This document shows, in pieces, positions 47,598 to 57,630 of a stretch of 64,000 bases of DNA. The stretch lies in sequence record SRR22947725_4056; one strand, given 5' to 3'. The position numbers were made by a program, and so were the translations under genes. The notes below the pieces were generated by a model. The model had not been told where the DNA came from. It was given only the letters and a program-made list of their open reading frames with translations, and ran no database searches. Positions within the stretch are counted from its first letter, which is position 1; the number at the start of each line of letters is the position of its first letter.

Positions 47598-48037
47598 GTG
47601 TGAACCGCGTTGTTCGAACCGCTTTTCTCTCCGGCCTAGTGATGACCTCGCTGGTTGCCTTCGTGGCAGCAATTTGGGGCGCGCTTGTGTCTGACCTCCC
47701 AGGGGTGTGGGGCGCTCTGGTGGGCGCGTCTATTGCACTGGGCCTTTTGGGTTTGACCCCTTTGAGCATCCTCTGGGGATTTCGACTCGGGAAGGGTGAT
47801 GTTCTCTCCCCGGGTTTCTTTGCCTCGGTGTTAGGGACGTGGCTCATTAAGTTTGTGGTGTTCCTCGCCGCGGTTTTTTGGCTCGGCGACCAGGGGTGGC
47901 TCGATAGAACGGTTCTGTTCTTGACCATCGTTGCCGCCCTTCTCGTGGGCTTGGTGACCGACCTCGTTGTGGTGGCTCGCTCGCGCATGCCCTACGTGTC
48001 TGACGTGAGCTTGCCGGGGGACCCGCCCAGGGAGTGA
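47594..48037 (+). CDS. atpI: ATP synthase protein I-like four-TM membrane protein
   Basis: Four TM helices, WLIKFVVF, C-terminal RMPYVSDV. Directly after wecA, the usual pre-atpB position. Confidence 0.65.
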   Translation: MSVNRVVRTAFLSGLVMTSLVAFVAAIWGALVSDLPGVWGALVGASIALGLLGLTPLSILWGFRLGKGDVLSPGFFASVLGTWLIKFVVFLAAVFWLGDQGWLDRTVLFLTIVAALLVGLVTDLVVVARSRMPYVSDVSLPGDPPRE

Positions 48038-48082
48038 CCCCGGCCCGAAAGCTCCCCAGCCGTGAGCGGCTAGCATGAAAGT

Positions 48083-48451
48083 GTGACTTTCGGCCTCTCG
48101 ATGGAAAAGCTCCTGCTCATCGGTGTCATCGCGCTGTTTTTAATCGGCCCTGACCGACTGCCGGGCTATTCGGCACAGTTTGGTCGTCTGATCCGGCGCT
48201 TGCGCGACATGGCCTCTGGGGCAAAAGATCGTATGCGCGATGAACTGGGGCCGGACTATGACGATATGGACTGGAAGAAGCTCGATCCTCGGCAATATGA
48301 CCCGCGGCGCATCATTCGAGAGGCTCTGGATGAAAGCCCGGCACCTACTACCAGCCAGGTGGCGTCACCCGTCGTGATGGAGTCGGCGTATCTCAAGCGC
48401 AAGCGACTGCAGCAGGGAACTGCCGCGCCTTTCGACCCCGACGCTACGTAG
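48083..48451 (+). CDS. tatB: Sec-independent translocase TatB
   Basis: FGLSMEKLLLIGVIALFLIGPDRLP, DWKKLDPRQYDPRRII, FDPDAT end. TAGCAT lies 6 nt before the GTG. Confidence 0.9.
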   Translation: MTFGLSMEKLLLIGVIALFLIGPDRLPGYSAQFGRLIRRLRDMASGAKDRMRDELGPDYDDMDWKKLDPRQYDPRRIIREALDESPAPTTSQVASPVVMESAYLKRKRLQQGTAAPFDPDAT

Positions 48452-48474
48452 GGAAACCCCACGCACCCTCCGGA

Positions 48475-49842
48475 CTAGTGTCCTGTGAGCGGGGCAATCA
48501 GGCGGGAGACCAGAGAGGTCTTCCCCGTTGTGCTCTCAATCTTGTCGGCTAGCCCCACGCCGAGAATGGCCGCCGTTGACCCGAGGTATCGCAGCGGTTC
48601 GGGCTCCCACAGAGGGGACTGATGTCCAACAAAAGGCAGGGCAGTCCGAGACGTCGGATTTCCCATGATGGCATCGGCAAGAGTGAGCCCGGAGAGGTGA
48701 GACAAGGCGACGCCATCACCGACATAGCCTCCCGCCGCACCCAGCCCTGTTGCCTGGTCGAAGGTGACCGATGAATGCCAGTCGCGAGGAACACCTAGCA
48801 CCCCGCCCCAGGTGTGAGAGATTCCCACACGACCAAGCTGCGGGAACATGTCTTTCAGCGTTGACTCCAATGCGCGAAAAACCTTCGGGTCCCTGTCATA
48901 GCGGGGATCGATGCGGCTGCCCCAGTGATAGGGAGCACCCCGTCCTCCAAACGCAATTCGATTATCTGCTGTCCGCTGGCCATAGATGACGAGGGAGCGA
49001 AAATCTGCGAATGTCATGCCGTGCTCCAGCCCCAGAGCATCGAACACCTTGTCGGGCAGTGGCTCCGTCGCAATCATCAGAGAGTACAGGGGGAGAGAAG
49101 CCCTCTGTGTCGAGGGCAGTTGACTGCGATACCCCTCCATGGCATCGATGATGACCTCCCCGGTCACCTCCCCGGAGGATGTCGTAACCACCCCGGCTCG
49201 ATAGTCAAGCACTGTCGTTTGTTCTGCGATTCGAACCCCGCCCTCGCTCGCAGCGGAAGCTAAACCGCGGACCAGTTTGGCAGGGTGGATCCGTGCGCAG
49301 GACGGGTCGAATACGGCGCCTTGAGAACGTGAGGCCGCCAGAGTGTCGGGGGCTTCCCGCCACTGAAGAGCATCGACTCCCAACTGCTGGGCTTCCTCAA
49401 GTGCTGAAGTTGCGCGTACCCGGTGGATCTCATTTCTCACAAGGGTTGTCGTTCCGCCCTTCACGAAGTCACACTCAATCCCAAGTGATGATGCCCAGGT
49501 CCCCACGGAGACCACACTCTCCACCATCGCTTGACGCAGCGCGGTAGCGGCGGGCGCACCGTAGGTGTTGATGAGTGCCGTGGTGCTGGTGGGGTAGAGA
49601 GAGGACACCCACCCGCCGTTGCGGCCCGAAGCGCCAAACCCAGCGATCTCTTTTTCGAGAATCAAGATGCTGCGGGAAGGGTCTTGGGCGAGAAGGCCTA
49701 ATGCCGTCCACAGCCCGGTGTAACCCGCCCCCATGATGATCACATCCCACCGTCGAGCACGCTCGGCGGCATCCAGGGGCGGTCGCGGCGTCAGCTCACC
49801 AGCGCCGCCATGCCACAGCGACAGCCCGGAGTAGTCCTTCAC
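48475..49842 (-). CDS. FAD-dependent oxidoreductase (DAO/PuuB-OrdL-like)
   Basis: GAGYTG, GASGRNGG, HPAKL, GYVGDGV. Confidence 0.88.
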   Translation of the reverse strand: MKDYSGLSLWHGGAGELTPRPPLDAAERARRWDVIIMGAGYTGLWTALGLLAQDPSRSILILEKEIAGFGASGRNGGWVSSLYPTSTTALINTYGAPAATALRQAMVESVVSVGTWASSLGIECDFVKGGTTTLVRNEIHRVRATSALEEAQQLGVDALQWREAPDTLAASRSQGAVFDPSCARIHPAKLVRGLASAASEGGVRIAEQTTVLDYRAGVVTTSSGEVTGEVIIDAMEGYRSQLPSTQRASLPLYSLMIATEPLPDKVFDALGLEHGMTFADFRSLVIYGQRTADNRIAFGGRGAPYHWGSRIDPRYDRDPKVFRALESTLKDMFPQLGRVGISHTWGGVLGVPRDWHSSVTFDQATGLGAAGGYVGDGVALSHLSGLTLADAIMGNPTSRTALPFVGHQSPLWEPEPLRYLGSTAAILGVGLADKIESTTGKTSLVSRLIAPLTGH

Positions 49843-49846
49843 GAAA

Positions 49847-51289
49847 CTAGATCAGTGCGGATGCGCGAGTAAGAACGTCCCGGAGGATCGCCTCAATCTC
49901 GTCAAATTCTGCTGGTCCAATGGTCAGGGGTGGGGAGAGCTGAATGACAGGGTCTCCTCGGTCATCTGCTCGGCAATACAAGCCGGCCTGAAATAACGCC
50001 TTGGAGAGAAAGCCCCGCAACAATACTTCGGATTCCTCCTCGGAGAACGTTTCTTTCGTTTCTTTGTTCTTCACCAGTTCGATTCCGAAAAAGTATCCGG
50101 CCCCTCGCACATCGCCCACAATGGGGATATCGAGCAGTTTTTCTAGCGCGGCACGGAATTTGGGCGAGTTCTTGCGAACATGCTCATTGATTCCTTCTTC
50201 TTCGAAAATCTTCAGATTTTCGAGAGCCACAGCAGCGGACACGGGGTGCCCCCCAAAGGTGTAGCCGTGATAAAAGGTGGTGTCTCCCTTACTAAAGGGT
50301 TCATAGAGGCGATCGCTGGCGATCATGGCACCGATGGGGGAATATCCACTGGACATTCCTTTGGCGCACGTGATGATGTCGGGGACATAGTCAAACGCGT
50401 TGCACGCAAACATTTCACCAATGCGGCCGAAGGCACAGATGACCTCATCGCTGACGAGCAGGACGTTGTGCTTGTCACAGATTTCTCGCACCCGCTGGAA
50501 GTAGCCCGGTGGGGGAGGGAAACATCCGCCGGAATTTTGCACCGGCTCAAGAAATACGGCGGCCACCGTCTCTGGGCCTTCGAACTCGATCATTTCTTCG
50601 ATGCGATTAGCGGCCCACAGGCCGAATTCTTCTTCGGTGCCCCCGGGGAAACCCATTTCCTCGGCCCGGTAGTAATTGGTGTTGGGCACCCGGAAACCGC
50701 CCGGGGTGAGCGGTTCATACATCGCTTTCATGCTGGGGATACCGGTAATCGCAAGCGCCCCCTGAGGTGTGCCGTGATAGGCGACGTAGCGGGATATCAC
50801 TTTGTGTTTCATGGGCATGCCTGTGAGCTTGAAATAGTGCTTCGCCAGCTTGAAGGCACTTTCCACGGCTTCGCCGCCCCCGGTGGTGAAGAACACCTTG
50901 TTGAGGTCACCCGGTGCGTAACTGGCAAGTTTTGCAGCGAGCTCGATAGCGGAGGGGTGGGCGTATGACCAGAGGGGGAAAAAGGCAAGCTCCTCTGCCT
51001 GGCGAGCGGCGGCTTCAGCGAGCCGAGCGCGTCCATGCCCGGCGTTCACGACAAAGAGCCCCGAAAGGCCATCGATGTAACGTTTGCCTTGGTCATCCCA
51101 AATGTGGTGACCATTTCCCTTGACAATGACGGGAACTTCTCCTCCGTCAGCCAAAGGACCTTGGCGGGTGAAGTGCATCCAGAGGTGGTCTCTAGCTTTG
51201 TCTTGCAGCCCGTTGGTTTTCTTCGATTTGCTCGAGTTTTTTGAGCCACTGGCTCTTATTTTTCCCTGCAGTTTTTCGAGAATCGTCAT
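49847..51289 (-). CDS. Class III aminotransferase (putrescine/omega-amine type)
   Basis: HLWMHFT, DGLSGLF, EPVQNSGG, DEVICAFGR, PLP lysine in CAKG, HGYTFGGHP. Confidence 0.9.
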   Translation of the reverse strand: MTILEKLQGKIRASGSKNSSKSKKTNGLQDKARDHLWMHFTRQGPLADGGEVPVIVKGNGHHIWDDQGKRYIDGLSGLFVVNAGHGRARLAEAAARQAEELAFFPLWSYAHPSAIELAAKLASYAPGDLNKVFFTTGGGEAVESAFKLAKHYFKLTGMPMKHKVISRYVAYHGTPQGALAITGIPSMKAMYEPLTPGGFRVPNTNYYRAEEMGFPGGTEEEFGLWAANRIEEMIEFEGPETVAAVFLEPVQNSGGCFPPPPGYFQRVREICDKHNVLLVSDEVICAFGRIGEMFACNAFDYVPDIITCAKGMSSGYSPIGAMIASDRLYEPFSKGDTTFYHGYTFGGHPVSAAVALENLKIFEEEGINEHVRKNSPKFRAALEKLLDIPIVGDVRGAGYFFGIELVKNKETKETFSEEESEVLLRGFLSKALFQAGLYCRADDRGDPVIQLSPPLTIGPAEFDEIEAILRDVLTRASALI

Positions 51290-51759
51290 CGTGCTCCCCA
51301 ATCGTAATGTTCCTTTTCGAGTGATAGGTAGGTAAAGGTTTCGGTGTCGATGACTCCCTCGACGCCCCGTATCGAGCCGTGAAGAACCTCTTGTAATTCA
51401 TGGTCATCAAGACACACAATTTCGGCCAATATGTCAAAGCGTCCCGTCGTGATGACGAGGTAATCGACCTGCTCGATGGCGGCCAGCGCATGGGCTACCC
51501 GTCGCGCATCGCCGTGAACTCGGATTCCGATCATGGCTTGACGATGGAAGCCCAGTTGGGAGGGATCGGTGACCGCAACGATTTGCATGGTTCCGGATTC
51601 AGTGAGTTTCGACACGCGCTGTCGGACAGCCGCTTCACTCAATCCCACCTGCTTGCCAATTTCTGCGTAGGACATTCTGCCATCGCGTTGGAGCAGGCGA
51701 ATGATGTCCTTTGCCGGGCCGTCTAGGCTTGGCGCTCGTGTCGATGCTGATTCAGCCAC
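51286..51759 (-). CDS. Lrp/AsnC-family transcriptional regulator
   Basis: HTH LQRDGRMSYAEIGKQVGLSEAAVRQRV, RAM domain TGRFDIL. Confidence 0.93.
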   Translation of the reverse strand: MAESASTRAPSLDGPAKDIIRLLQRDGRMSYAEIGKQVGLSEAAVRQRVSKLTESGTMQIVAVTDPSQLGFHRQAMIGIRVHGDARRVAHALAAIEQVDYLVITTGRFDILAEIVCLDDHELQEVLHGSIRGVEGVIDTETFTYLSLEKEHYDWGAR

Positions 51760-51765
51760 AGTGTG

Positions 51766-51877
51766 ATTTTCGCACTAAAAACTAAATTTCGCAACTAAAA
51801 ACATCGAAATTATAATTAATTGCAACGAAATCCTTACGTATTGCCGATTAGACCAACGCATCCACCTCGGCTAGGGT
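51766..51877. promoter_or_regulatory. AT-rich divergent promoter with ~20-bp-phased TTTCG/CGAAA boxes (candidate Lrp operator array)
   Basis: TTTCGCA(A)CTAAAAAC direct repeat at 51768-51782 and 51787-51802. CGAAAT at 51805 and 51826. TAGGGT lies 6 nt before ATG 51884. Confidence 0.6.
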
Positions 51878-51883
51878 AGGCGC

Positions 51884-53320
51884 ATGGAAACTCGGAAATT
51901 GAGCAACTTCATCAATGGAAAATCTGTCCCTTCTCAGGGGGACGCGACGCTGGAGCTTGTTGACCCAGCCACCGAACAGGTCTATGCCCTTTCGCCCATC
52001 TCCACCGCGGCCGATGTCGATGCGGCCTATCAGGCTGCCGACGCGGCTTTTGAAGGGTGGAAAGAGACAACGCCGGGCGAGCGTCAACTCGCCCTGTTCC
52101 GCATCGCTGATGAAATGGAGAAGCGGGCGGAAGAATTCGCTGACCTCGAGTCACAGGACACCGGGAAGCCGCGGGGCTCGCTGGTGGATGACGAAATCAT
52201 GCTCAGTGTTGACCAAATTCGTTTTTTTGCTGGTGCAGCGAGAAATCTTGAGGGTCGTAGTGCCGGCGAATACATGAAGGACCACACTTCTATGATTCGC
52301 CGCGAACCCATCGGTGTTATCGGGCAGGTCACCCCGTGGAACTACCCCCTCAATATGGCGGTGTGGAAATTTGCCCCCGCAGTGGCCGCCGGAAACACCA
52401 CCGTGCTGAAGCCCTCGGACACCACCCCGCAGAGCACCCTTCTGTTGGCGGAGATCTGTGCACTTCACTTGCCGCCAGGAGTGGTCAACGTCATTACTGG
52501 AGATCGCACAACGGGTGCCGCAATGATTGATCACCCCACTCCCCAGATGGTGTCGATTACTGGTTCGGTGCGAGCAGGAATGGAGGTTGCGAAAGCAGCG
52601 TCTCAGGACCTCAAGCGAGTCCACCTTGAGCTGGGTGGCAAAGCCCCGGTGTTGGTGTTTGAGGACGCTGACATCGACAGCGCGGTGGAAGGCATCGGCA
52701 TCGCCGGGTATTTCAACGCCGGTCAAGATTGCACCGCTGCCACCCGGGTATTGGTTCACGAAAGCATCCATGATCAATTTGTCTCGACCCTCACCCGCTG
52801 GATTTCCGAGAATGTTCAGACGGGATTGCCAGGGGACAAGGACACGTTCTATGGGCCACTCAATAACTCGTCCCAAATGGAGCGGGTCATGAAAGCGCTG
52901 ACGGGCTTGCCCAAAAACGCGCGGATCGAAACAGGAGGGCAGCGGAAAGGTTCCGTGGGCTATTTCATTGAGCCAACGGTGGTCACCGGGCTTCGGCAAA
53001 CCGATGACGCGATTCAGAACGAGATTTTTGGACCGGTGATTACGGTTCAAACTTTTTCCGAAGAAAAAGAGGCCCTCCAGATGGCCAACGATGTTTTGTA
53101 TGGATTGGCCTCAAGCGTGTGGACGACCAATCACGCCCGCGCCATGAGGTGCGCGAAAGTCTTGGACTTTGGCGCGGTATGGATCAACTGCCACATTCCC
53201 CTCGTTGCGGAAATGCCCCACGGTGGTTTCAAGCACTCGGGATATGGCAAGGACCTCTCGCAGTACGGGTTTGAGGACTATACCCGAATCAAACACGTGA
53301 TGTCATATATCGGCGACTAG
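51884..53320 (+). CDS. Gamma-aminobutyraldehyde dehydrogenase (ALDH)
   Basis: PWNYP, ITGS, LELGGKAP, FNAGQDC, EIFGPV, HGGFKHSGYGKD. Confidence 0.9.
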   Translation: METRKLSNFINGKSVPSQGDATLELVDPATEQVYALSPISTAADVDAAYQAADAAFEGWKETTPGERQLALFRIADEMEKRAEEFADLESQDTGKPRGSLVDDEIMLSVDQIRFFAGAARNLEGRSAGEYMKDHTSMIRREPIGVIGQVTPWNYPLNMAVWKFAPAVAAGNTTVLKPSDTTPQSTLLLAEICALHLPPGVVNVITGDRTTGAAMIDHPTPQMVSITGSVRAGMEVAKAASQDLKRVHLELGGKAPVLVFEDADIDSAVEGIGIAGYFNAGQDCTAATRVLVHESIHDQFVSTLTRWISENVQTGLPGDKDTFYGPLNNSSQMERVMKALTGLPKNARIETGGQRKGSVGYFIEPTVVTGLRQTDDAIQNEIFGPVITVQTFSEEKEALQMANDVLYGLASSVWTTNHARAMRCAKVLDFGAVWINCHIPLVAEMPHGGFKHSGYGKDLSQYGFEDYTRIKHVMSYIGD

Positions 53321-53436
53321 AGAAGGGAGTAGCAGACAACAGTAATCGCGCACTTGCGCGCACGAAGAGCTAACAAGTAGGTCTATTATCAACATAATGT
53401 GTGTGAAAACACCCTGAGGAAGAATAGAGGAGTTCA

Positions 53437-54651
53437 ATGATGAATCGTCCGTTGCCCCAAGACCCCATGATCCGAAATCTCGTCTCTATGGCGAGAAAGT
53501 CCCAACTATCCAGGCGTACCTTTCTCTCTGGCGCCGGCGGTAGTGCGGTAGCACTGGGCCTCGCGGCGTGCGCTGCCGATGCTGAAATCGCGGCCGCCGA
53601 AGATATCTCGGCGACAGACAAGACACTGAATTGGTCCAACTGGCCCTTCTACATCGATGAAGACGACGATGGGAATTACCCCACCCTTTCTCGATTCGAA
53701 GCAGAAACTGGCATCGCTGTCAATTACATGGTCGACTACGACGACAACAACACCTACTATGCGAAGGTTCGCGACCAGCTTCAGCTCGGGCAGGACATGG
53801 GTGCCGATATTGTGGTCCCGACCGAGTGGATGGCCGCTCGCTGGGGGCAATTGGGTTTTGTTCAAGAGCTGAATGAAGCCAATATTCCCAATAAGGCCAA
53901 TGTTGTGTCCTCGCTGGCAAACCCGAGCTGGGATCCAGGTCGCAAGAAGAGCCTGCCGTGGCAGGGCGGATTTGCAGGTCTGGTCTACAACGTAGACAAG
54001 GTCGGAGAAATTCGCACCGTGGAGGATCTCTGGGCTCCCGAGCTCAAAGGCCGAGTTGTGGTGTTGTCGGAGATGCGCGACACCGTCGGCCTTCTCATGC
54101 TTGCCAACGGCGTGGATATCAGCACCGAATGGGGCGCAGACGAGTTCAACAATGCCTTGGACACCTTGCGTGCCCAGGTCGAAGCGGGACAAATCCGAAA
54201 CCTTCGGGGTAATTCCTACACCGAAGACCTGGTCAATGAGGATGCTCTGGCTGCCATTGGATGGTCGGGAGATATCACTTTGATTAACTTCGAAAATGGC
54301 TACGACGATGGTGAGAAGTGGAAGTTTGTCATTCCCGAGTCCGGCGCAACAATTTGGAACGACACCATGGTTGTGCCTATTGGGTCACCACGCAAAGCAA
54401 ATGCAGAAGCGTTGATGAACTATTACTACCAGCCAGAAGTTGCTGCTGAGGTTGCCGCTTGGGTGAACTATGTGACTCCGGTCCAGGGTGCCTACGAAGC
54501 AGCTTTGGAGATTGATCCCGAACTGGCTGAGAACAAGATGATCTTCCCCGATGAGGCAACTATGTCTCAGGTGAGGGCCTTCCGTACTCTCACGTCGGCG
54601 GAGGACAGCGAGTTCTCGGCCGCCTTCCAAGCGATTGCTCTCGGCGCCTAG
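53437..54651 (+). CDS. potD: Polyamine ABC transporter substrate-binding protein (Tat lipoprotein)
   Basis: Twin-arginine SRRTFL plus lipobox LAAC, NWPFYID, WSGD, IPESG. Confidence 0.85.
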   Translation: MMNRPLPQDPMIRNLVSMARKSQLSRRTFLSGAGGSAVALGLAACAADAEIAAAEDISATDKTLNWSNWPFYIDEDDDGNYPTLSRFEAETGIAVNYMVDYDDNNTYYAKVRDQLQLGQDMGADIVVPTEWMAARWGQLGFVQELNEANIPNKANVVSSLANPSWDPGRKKSLPWQGGFAGLVYNVDKVGEIRTVEDLWAPELKGRVVVLSEMRDTVGLLMLANGVDISTEWGADEFNNALDTLRAQVEAGQIRNLRGNSYTEDLVNEDALAAIGWSGDITLINFENGYDDGEKWKFVIPESGATIWNDTMVVPIGSPRKANAEALMNYYYQPEVAAEVAAWVNYVTPVQGAYEAALEIDPELAENKMIFPDEATMSQVRAFRTLTSAEDSEFSAAFQAIALGA

Positions 54652-54665
54652 GCCACGGGCTCCCG

Positions 54666-55877
54666 GTGGGATCAGAATCCTCTGCAAAGCAGTTTGCGGA
54701 AGCTGGCGCCGACCTTTCGTTGGTCGGCGTCAGCAAACGCTTCCCTGGTTTTACGGCAATTGACGATCTCACTCTTAAAGTTCCAGCCGGGTCTTTCTTT
54801 GCCCTGCTGGGGCCGAGTGGTTGTGGAAAAACGACCACGCTTCGCCTGGTAGCAGGCCTGGAGGAACCTACCGAAGGCAAAATCCTGATTGGCGAAAAGG
54901 ATGTAACCGATACCAAGGCCTATCAACGCCCGGTGAACACTGTGTTTCAGTCCTATGCGCTCTTCCCGCACATGACAATTTTTGAAAATGTGCTTTTTGG
55001 ACTGAAGAGGCGAAAGATTCGTGACGCCGACAAGCTTGCCACTGATGCGCTCGCTCTCGTAGAGCTGGCACACGTTGCCCATCGCAAGCCAGCACAACTT
55101 TCCGGTGGTCAACAACAACGCGTCGCATTGGCTCGAGCCGTTGTTAATCGCCCAGCGCTTCTTCTTCTTGATGAACCGCTGGGTGCACTGGACCTCAAAC
55201 TTCGTCGCCAGATGCAGCTGGAACTCAAGGACATCCAATCCGAGGTCGGCTTGACCTTTCTCCACGTGACCCATGACCAGGAGGAAGCCATGACCATGGC
55301 GGACACGGTCGCCGTGATGAATGAGGGCCGTATCGAGCAGATGGGTGCCCCGGAAGAGCTGTATGAATCGCCCAAGACAGTGTTTGTCGCCACGTTCCTC
55401 GGTCAGTCAAACCTTTTTGTCGGAACGGTATCCGGGTCCGGTTCCGAAGTGATTACGGTTTCTGCCTCCGGGAACGAACTTCGGGTTCCTGTGGAGCGCG
55501 CCGTGGCGCACCGAGGCGAGGTAACGGTAGGTATTCGGCCGGAAAAGGTTTCTCTTCATGTGACCAAGCCCACCCTCACTGCTTCTCAAACGATGATTGG
55601 TCCAGGACATGTCACCGACGCTTCGTTCAGCGGCGTGAGCACCCAGTACTTGGTGGAGGTGCCAGGGCTTGGCGAGATTACGGTTTTTGCTCAGAACATG
55701 TCGCGGGGAGACCATGCCCGACTGGGCGACGAGGTCTATCTCTCCTGGGACATCGAGCACGCTTTTGGACTAGCGGATGCCCCCCCGCCGAGTGCCAGAT
55801 TTGTGTCGGACACGGATACCGCTTCGGTGGCCGTGCAGGAAAGAGAAAAATTAGAAGCTGAACTCGGGGAGTTCTAA
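54666..55877 (+). CDS. potA: Polyamine ABC transporter ATP-binding protein
   Basis: GPSGCGKT, VNTVFQSYALFPH, LSGGQQQR, DEPLGALD, TOBE-type C-terminus. Confidence 0.88.
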   Translation: MGSESSAKQFAEAGADLSLVGVSKRFPGFTAIDDLTLKVPAGSFFALLGPSGCGKTTTLRLVAGLEEPTEGKILIGEKDVTDTKAYQRPVNTVFQSYALFPHMTIFENVLFGLKRRKIRDADKLATDALALVELAHVAHRKPAQLSGGQQQRVALARAVVNRPALLLLDEPLGALDLKLRRQMQLELKDIQSEVGLTFLHVTHDQEEAMTMADTVAVMNEGRIEQMGAPEELYESPKTVFVATFLGQSNLFVGTVSGSGSEVITVSASGNELRVPVERAVAHRGEVTVGIRPEKVSLHVTKPTLTASQTMIGPGHVTDASFSGVSTQYLVEVPGLGEITVFAQNMSRGDHARLGDEVYLSWDIEHAFGLADAPPPSARFVSDTDTASVAVQEREKLEAELGEF

Positions 55878-56803
55878 TGGCGTTCGGGGCGTTTCAAAGT
55901 TCGGCACCCCCGGGCGCACCGGTCGCCTCTGCGCAGGCCCAACGCAAAAGCCCAGTCGCACTCTGGTTGCTTTTGCCGGGGGTTCTCTATCTGGTCTTGT
56001 TTTTTGTGACGCCCCTTTTTTCGCTGGTGATCACGAGTTTTGAAGAGCCTGTTCCCGGCGGATTTATGGGCGAGTTCCAGACGGGCTTCCGGTGGGAAAA
56101 CTATGTTGAAGTCGTTAGCACCTACTTTTCCCACATCGGTAGGTCATTCCTCTATGCCAGTCTTGCCACCATTTTTGCCCTGCTCTTGGGCTATCCCATC
56201 GCCTATGTAATCGGGGTCAAGTTGCGCCGGTACCCCTTGGCCCAGGCCCTCTCTCTGGTGTTGTTGATTGCGCCGTTCTTTATTTCTTTCCTGTTGAGGA
56301 CTTTGGCCTGGAAGCAAATCTTTTCCGACGAAGGATTTGTCGTCGCCACTTTGAAGACGTTTCAGCTCATTCCCTCTGATGCCTACCTGACCGGGACACC
56401 GTTTTCAGTGGTTTTCGGTTTGACCTACATGTTCCTGCCCTTTATGGCGTTGCCGATATATACGACACTGGAGAAGTTGGACCTTCGCTTTGTTGAAGCA
56501 GGCGGTGACCTTTATGCAAACCCCTTCACCGTGTTTCGAAAGATCACGTTCCCCCTTTCGCTGCCCGGCGTCATTTCTGGCACCTTGTTGACGTTTATTC
56601 CTGCCACCGGGGATTACATCAACGCCAGCCGCGACTTTTTGGGCGCGACAGACACGGCGATGATGGGGAATGTGATTGAAGCGAACTTCCTCGTTTTGCA
56701 AAATTTCCCCGCGGCTGCTGCGCTGTCTCTCATTCTGATGGCCTCGATACTCGTGTTGGTGACGATCTATACCCGGCGCAGCGGAACGGATGAGCTGCTG
56801 TGA
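55877..56803 (+). CDS. potB: Polyamine ABC transporter permease
   Basis: TM helices, LPFMALPIY, EAA-like loop EAGGDLYA. Confidence 0.85.
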   Translation: MAFGAFQSSAPPGAPVASAQAQRKSPVALWLLLPGVLYLVLFFVTPLFSLVITSFEEPVPGGFMGEFQTGFRWENYVEVVSTYFSHIGRSFLYASLATIFALLLGYPIAYVIGVKLRRYPLAQALSLVLLIAPFFISFLLRTLAWKQIFSDEGFVVATLKTFQLIPSDAYLTGTPFSVVFGLTYMFLPFMALPIYTTLEKLDLRFVEAGGDLYANPFTVFRKITFPLSLPGVISGTLLTFIPATGDYINASRDFLGATDTAMMGNVIEANFLVLQNFPAAAALSLILMASILVLVTIYTRRSGTDELL

Positions 56804-57594
56804 GGGGGTTGGGGAAGTACCTGCTGTGGGTCTACGCAGGCTTGGTGATGATGTTCTTGCTCATCCCCATCGTGTACACCATTGTTTTCTCCTTCAATGA
56901 CTCCCGACGAACCAACATTGTTTGGCGGGGGTTCACTTTTGATAACTGGCTAACGGTCTGCAACGCGCAAGACGTGTGCTCTGCCTTTGGAAATTCAGTG
57001 CTGATTGCCGGGGTGTCCACTGTCCTAGCAACGGCAATGGGAACCGCAATTGCGATTGCTCTGGTGCGTTACCGTTTCCGGTTTCGCCAGGCCACCACGC
57101 TCTTACTGTTTCTTCCCATGGCAACGCCAGAAGTTGTCTTGGGGGCTGGCCTAGCGGCCCAATTCCTGCAGATCGGGGCACAGAAGGGCTTGGTCACCAT
57201 CATCATCGCCCACACGATGTTCTGCATCAGCTTTGTTGTTGTCACCGTGAGAGCGCGGGTAGCGGTGCTCGATCCGGCATTGGAGGAAGCGGGCAGAGAC
57301 CTCTATGGGTCACCCTTTCAAGTTTTCTGGCGAGTTACCTTCCCCCTTCTTCTTCCAGGAATAACCGCGGCAGCACTGCTGTCCTTCGCTTTGAGCTTTG
57401 ATGATTTCATCATCACCAATTTCAACGCTGGACCCGAAATGACCTTCCCGCGTTTTGTCTACACCGCGGCAGCGCGGGGCATTCCCGCCGAAGCAAACGT
57501 GATCGCCTCTGCGGTTTTCTTCGCGGCCATCGCCCTAGTGTTGGTTTCTCAAGTCCGGGCCGCCCTCAAACGTCGGCGACTCGCTATCTCTTGA
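56800..57594 (+). CDS. potC: Polyamine ABC transporter permease
   Basis: SFND, PEVV, EEAGRDL, SFDDF. Confidence 0.85.
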   Translation: MRGLGKYLLWVYAGLVMMFLLIPIVYTIVFSFNDSRRTNIVWRGFTFDNWLTVCNAQDVCSAFGNSVLIAGVSTVLATAMGTAIAIALVRYRFRFRQATTLLLFLPMATPEVVLGAGLAAQFLQIGAQKGLVTIIIAHTMFCISFVVVTVRARVAVLDPALEEAGRDLYGSPFQVFWRVTFPLLLPGITAAALLSFALSFDDFIITNFNAGPEMTFPRFVYTAAARGIPAEANVIASAVFFAAIALVLVSQVRAALKRRRLAIS

Positions 57595-57630
57595 TGGAAG
57601 CATCTTCGCCCGACAGGAAAGGGACCCGAC

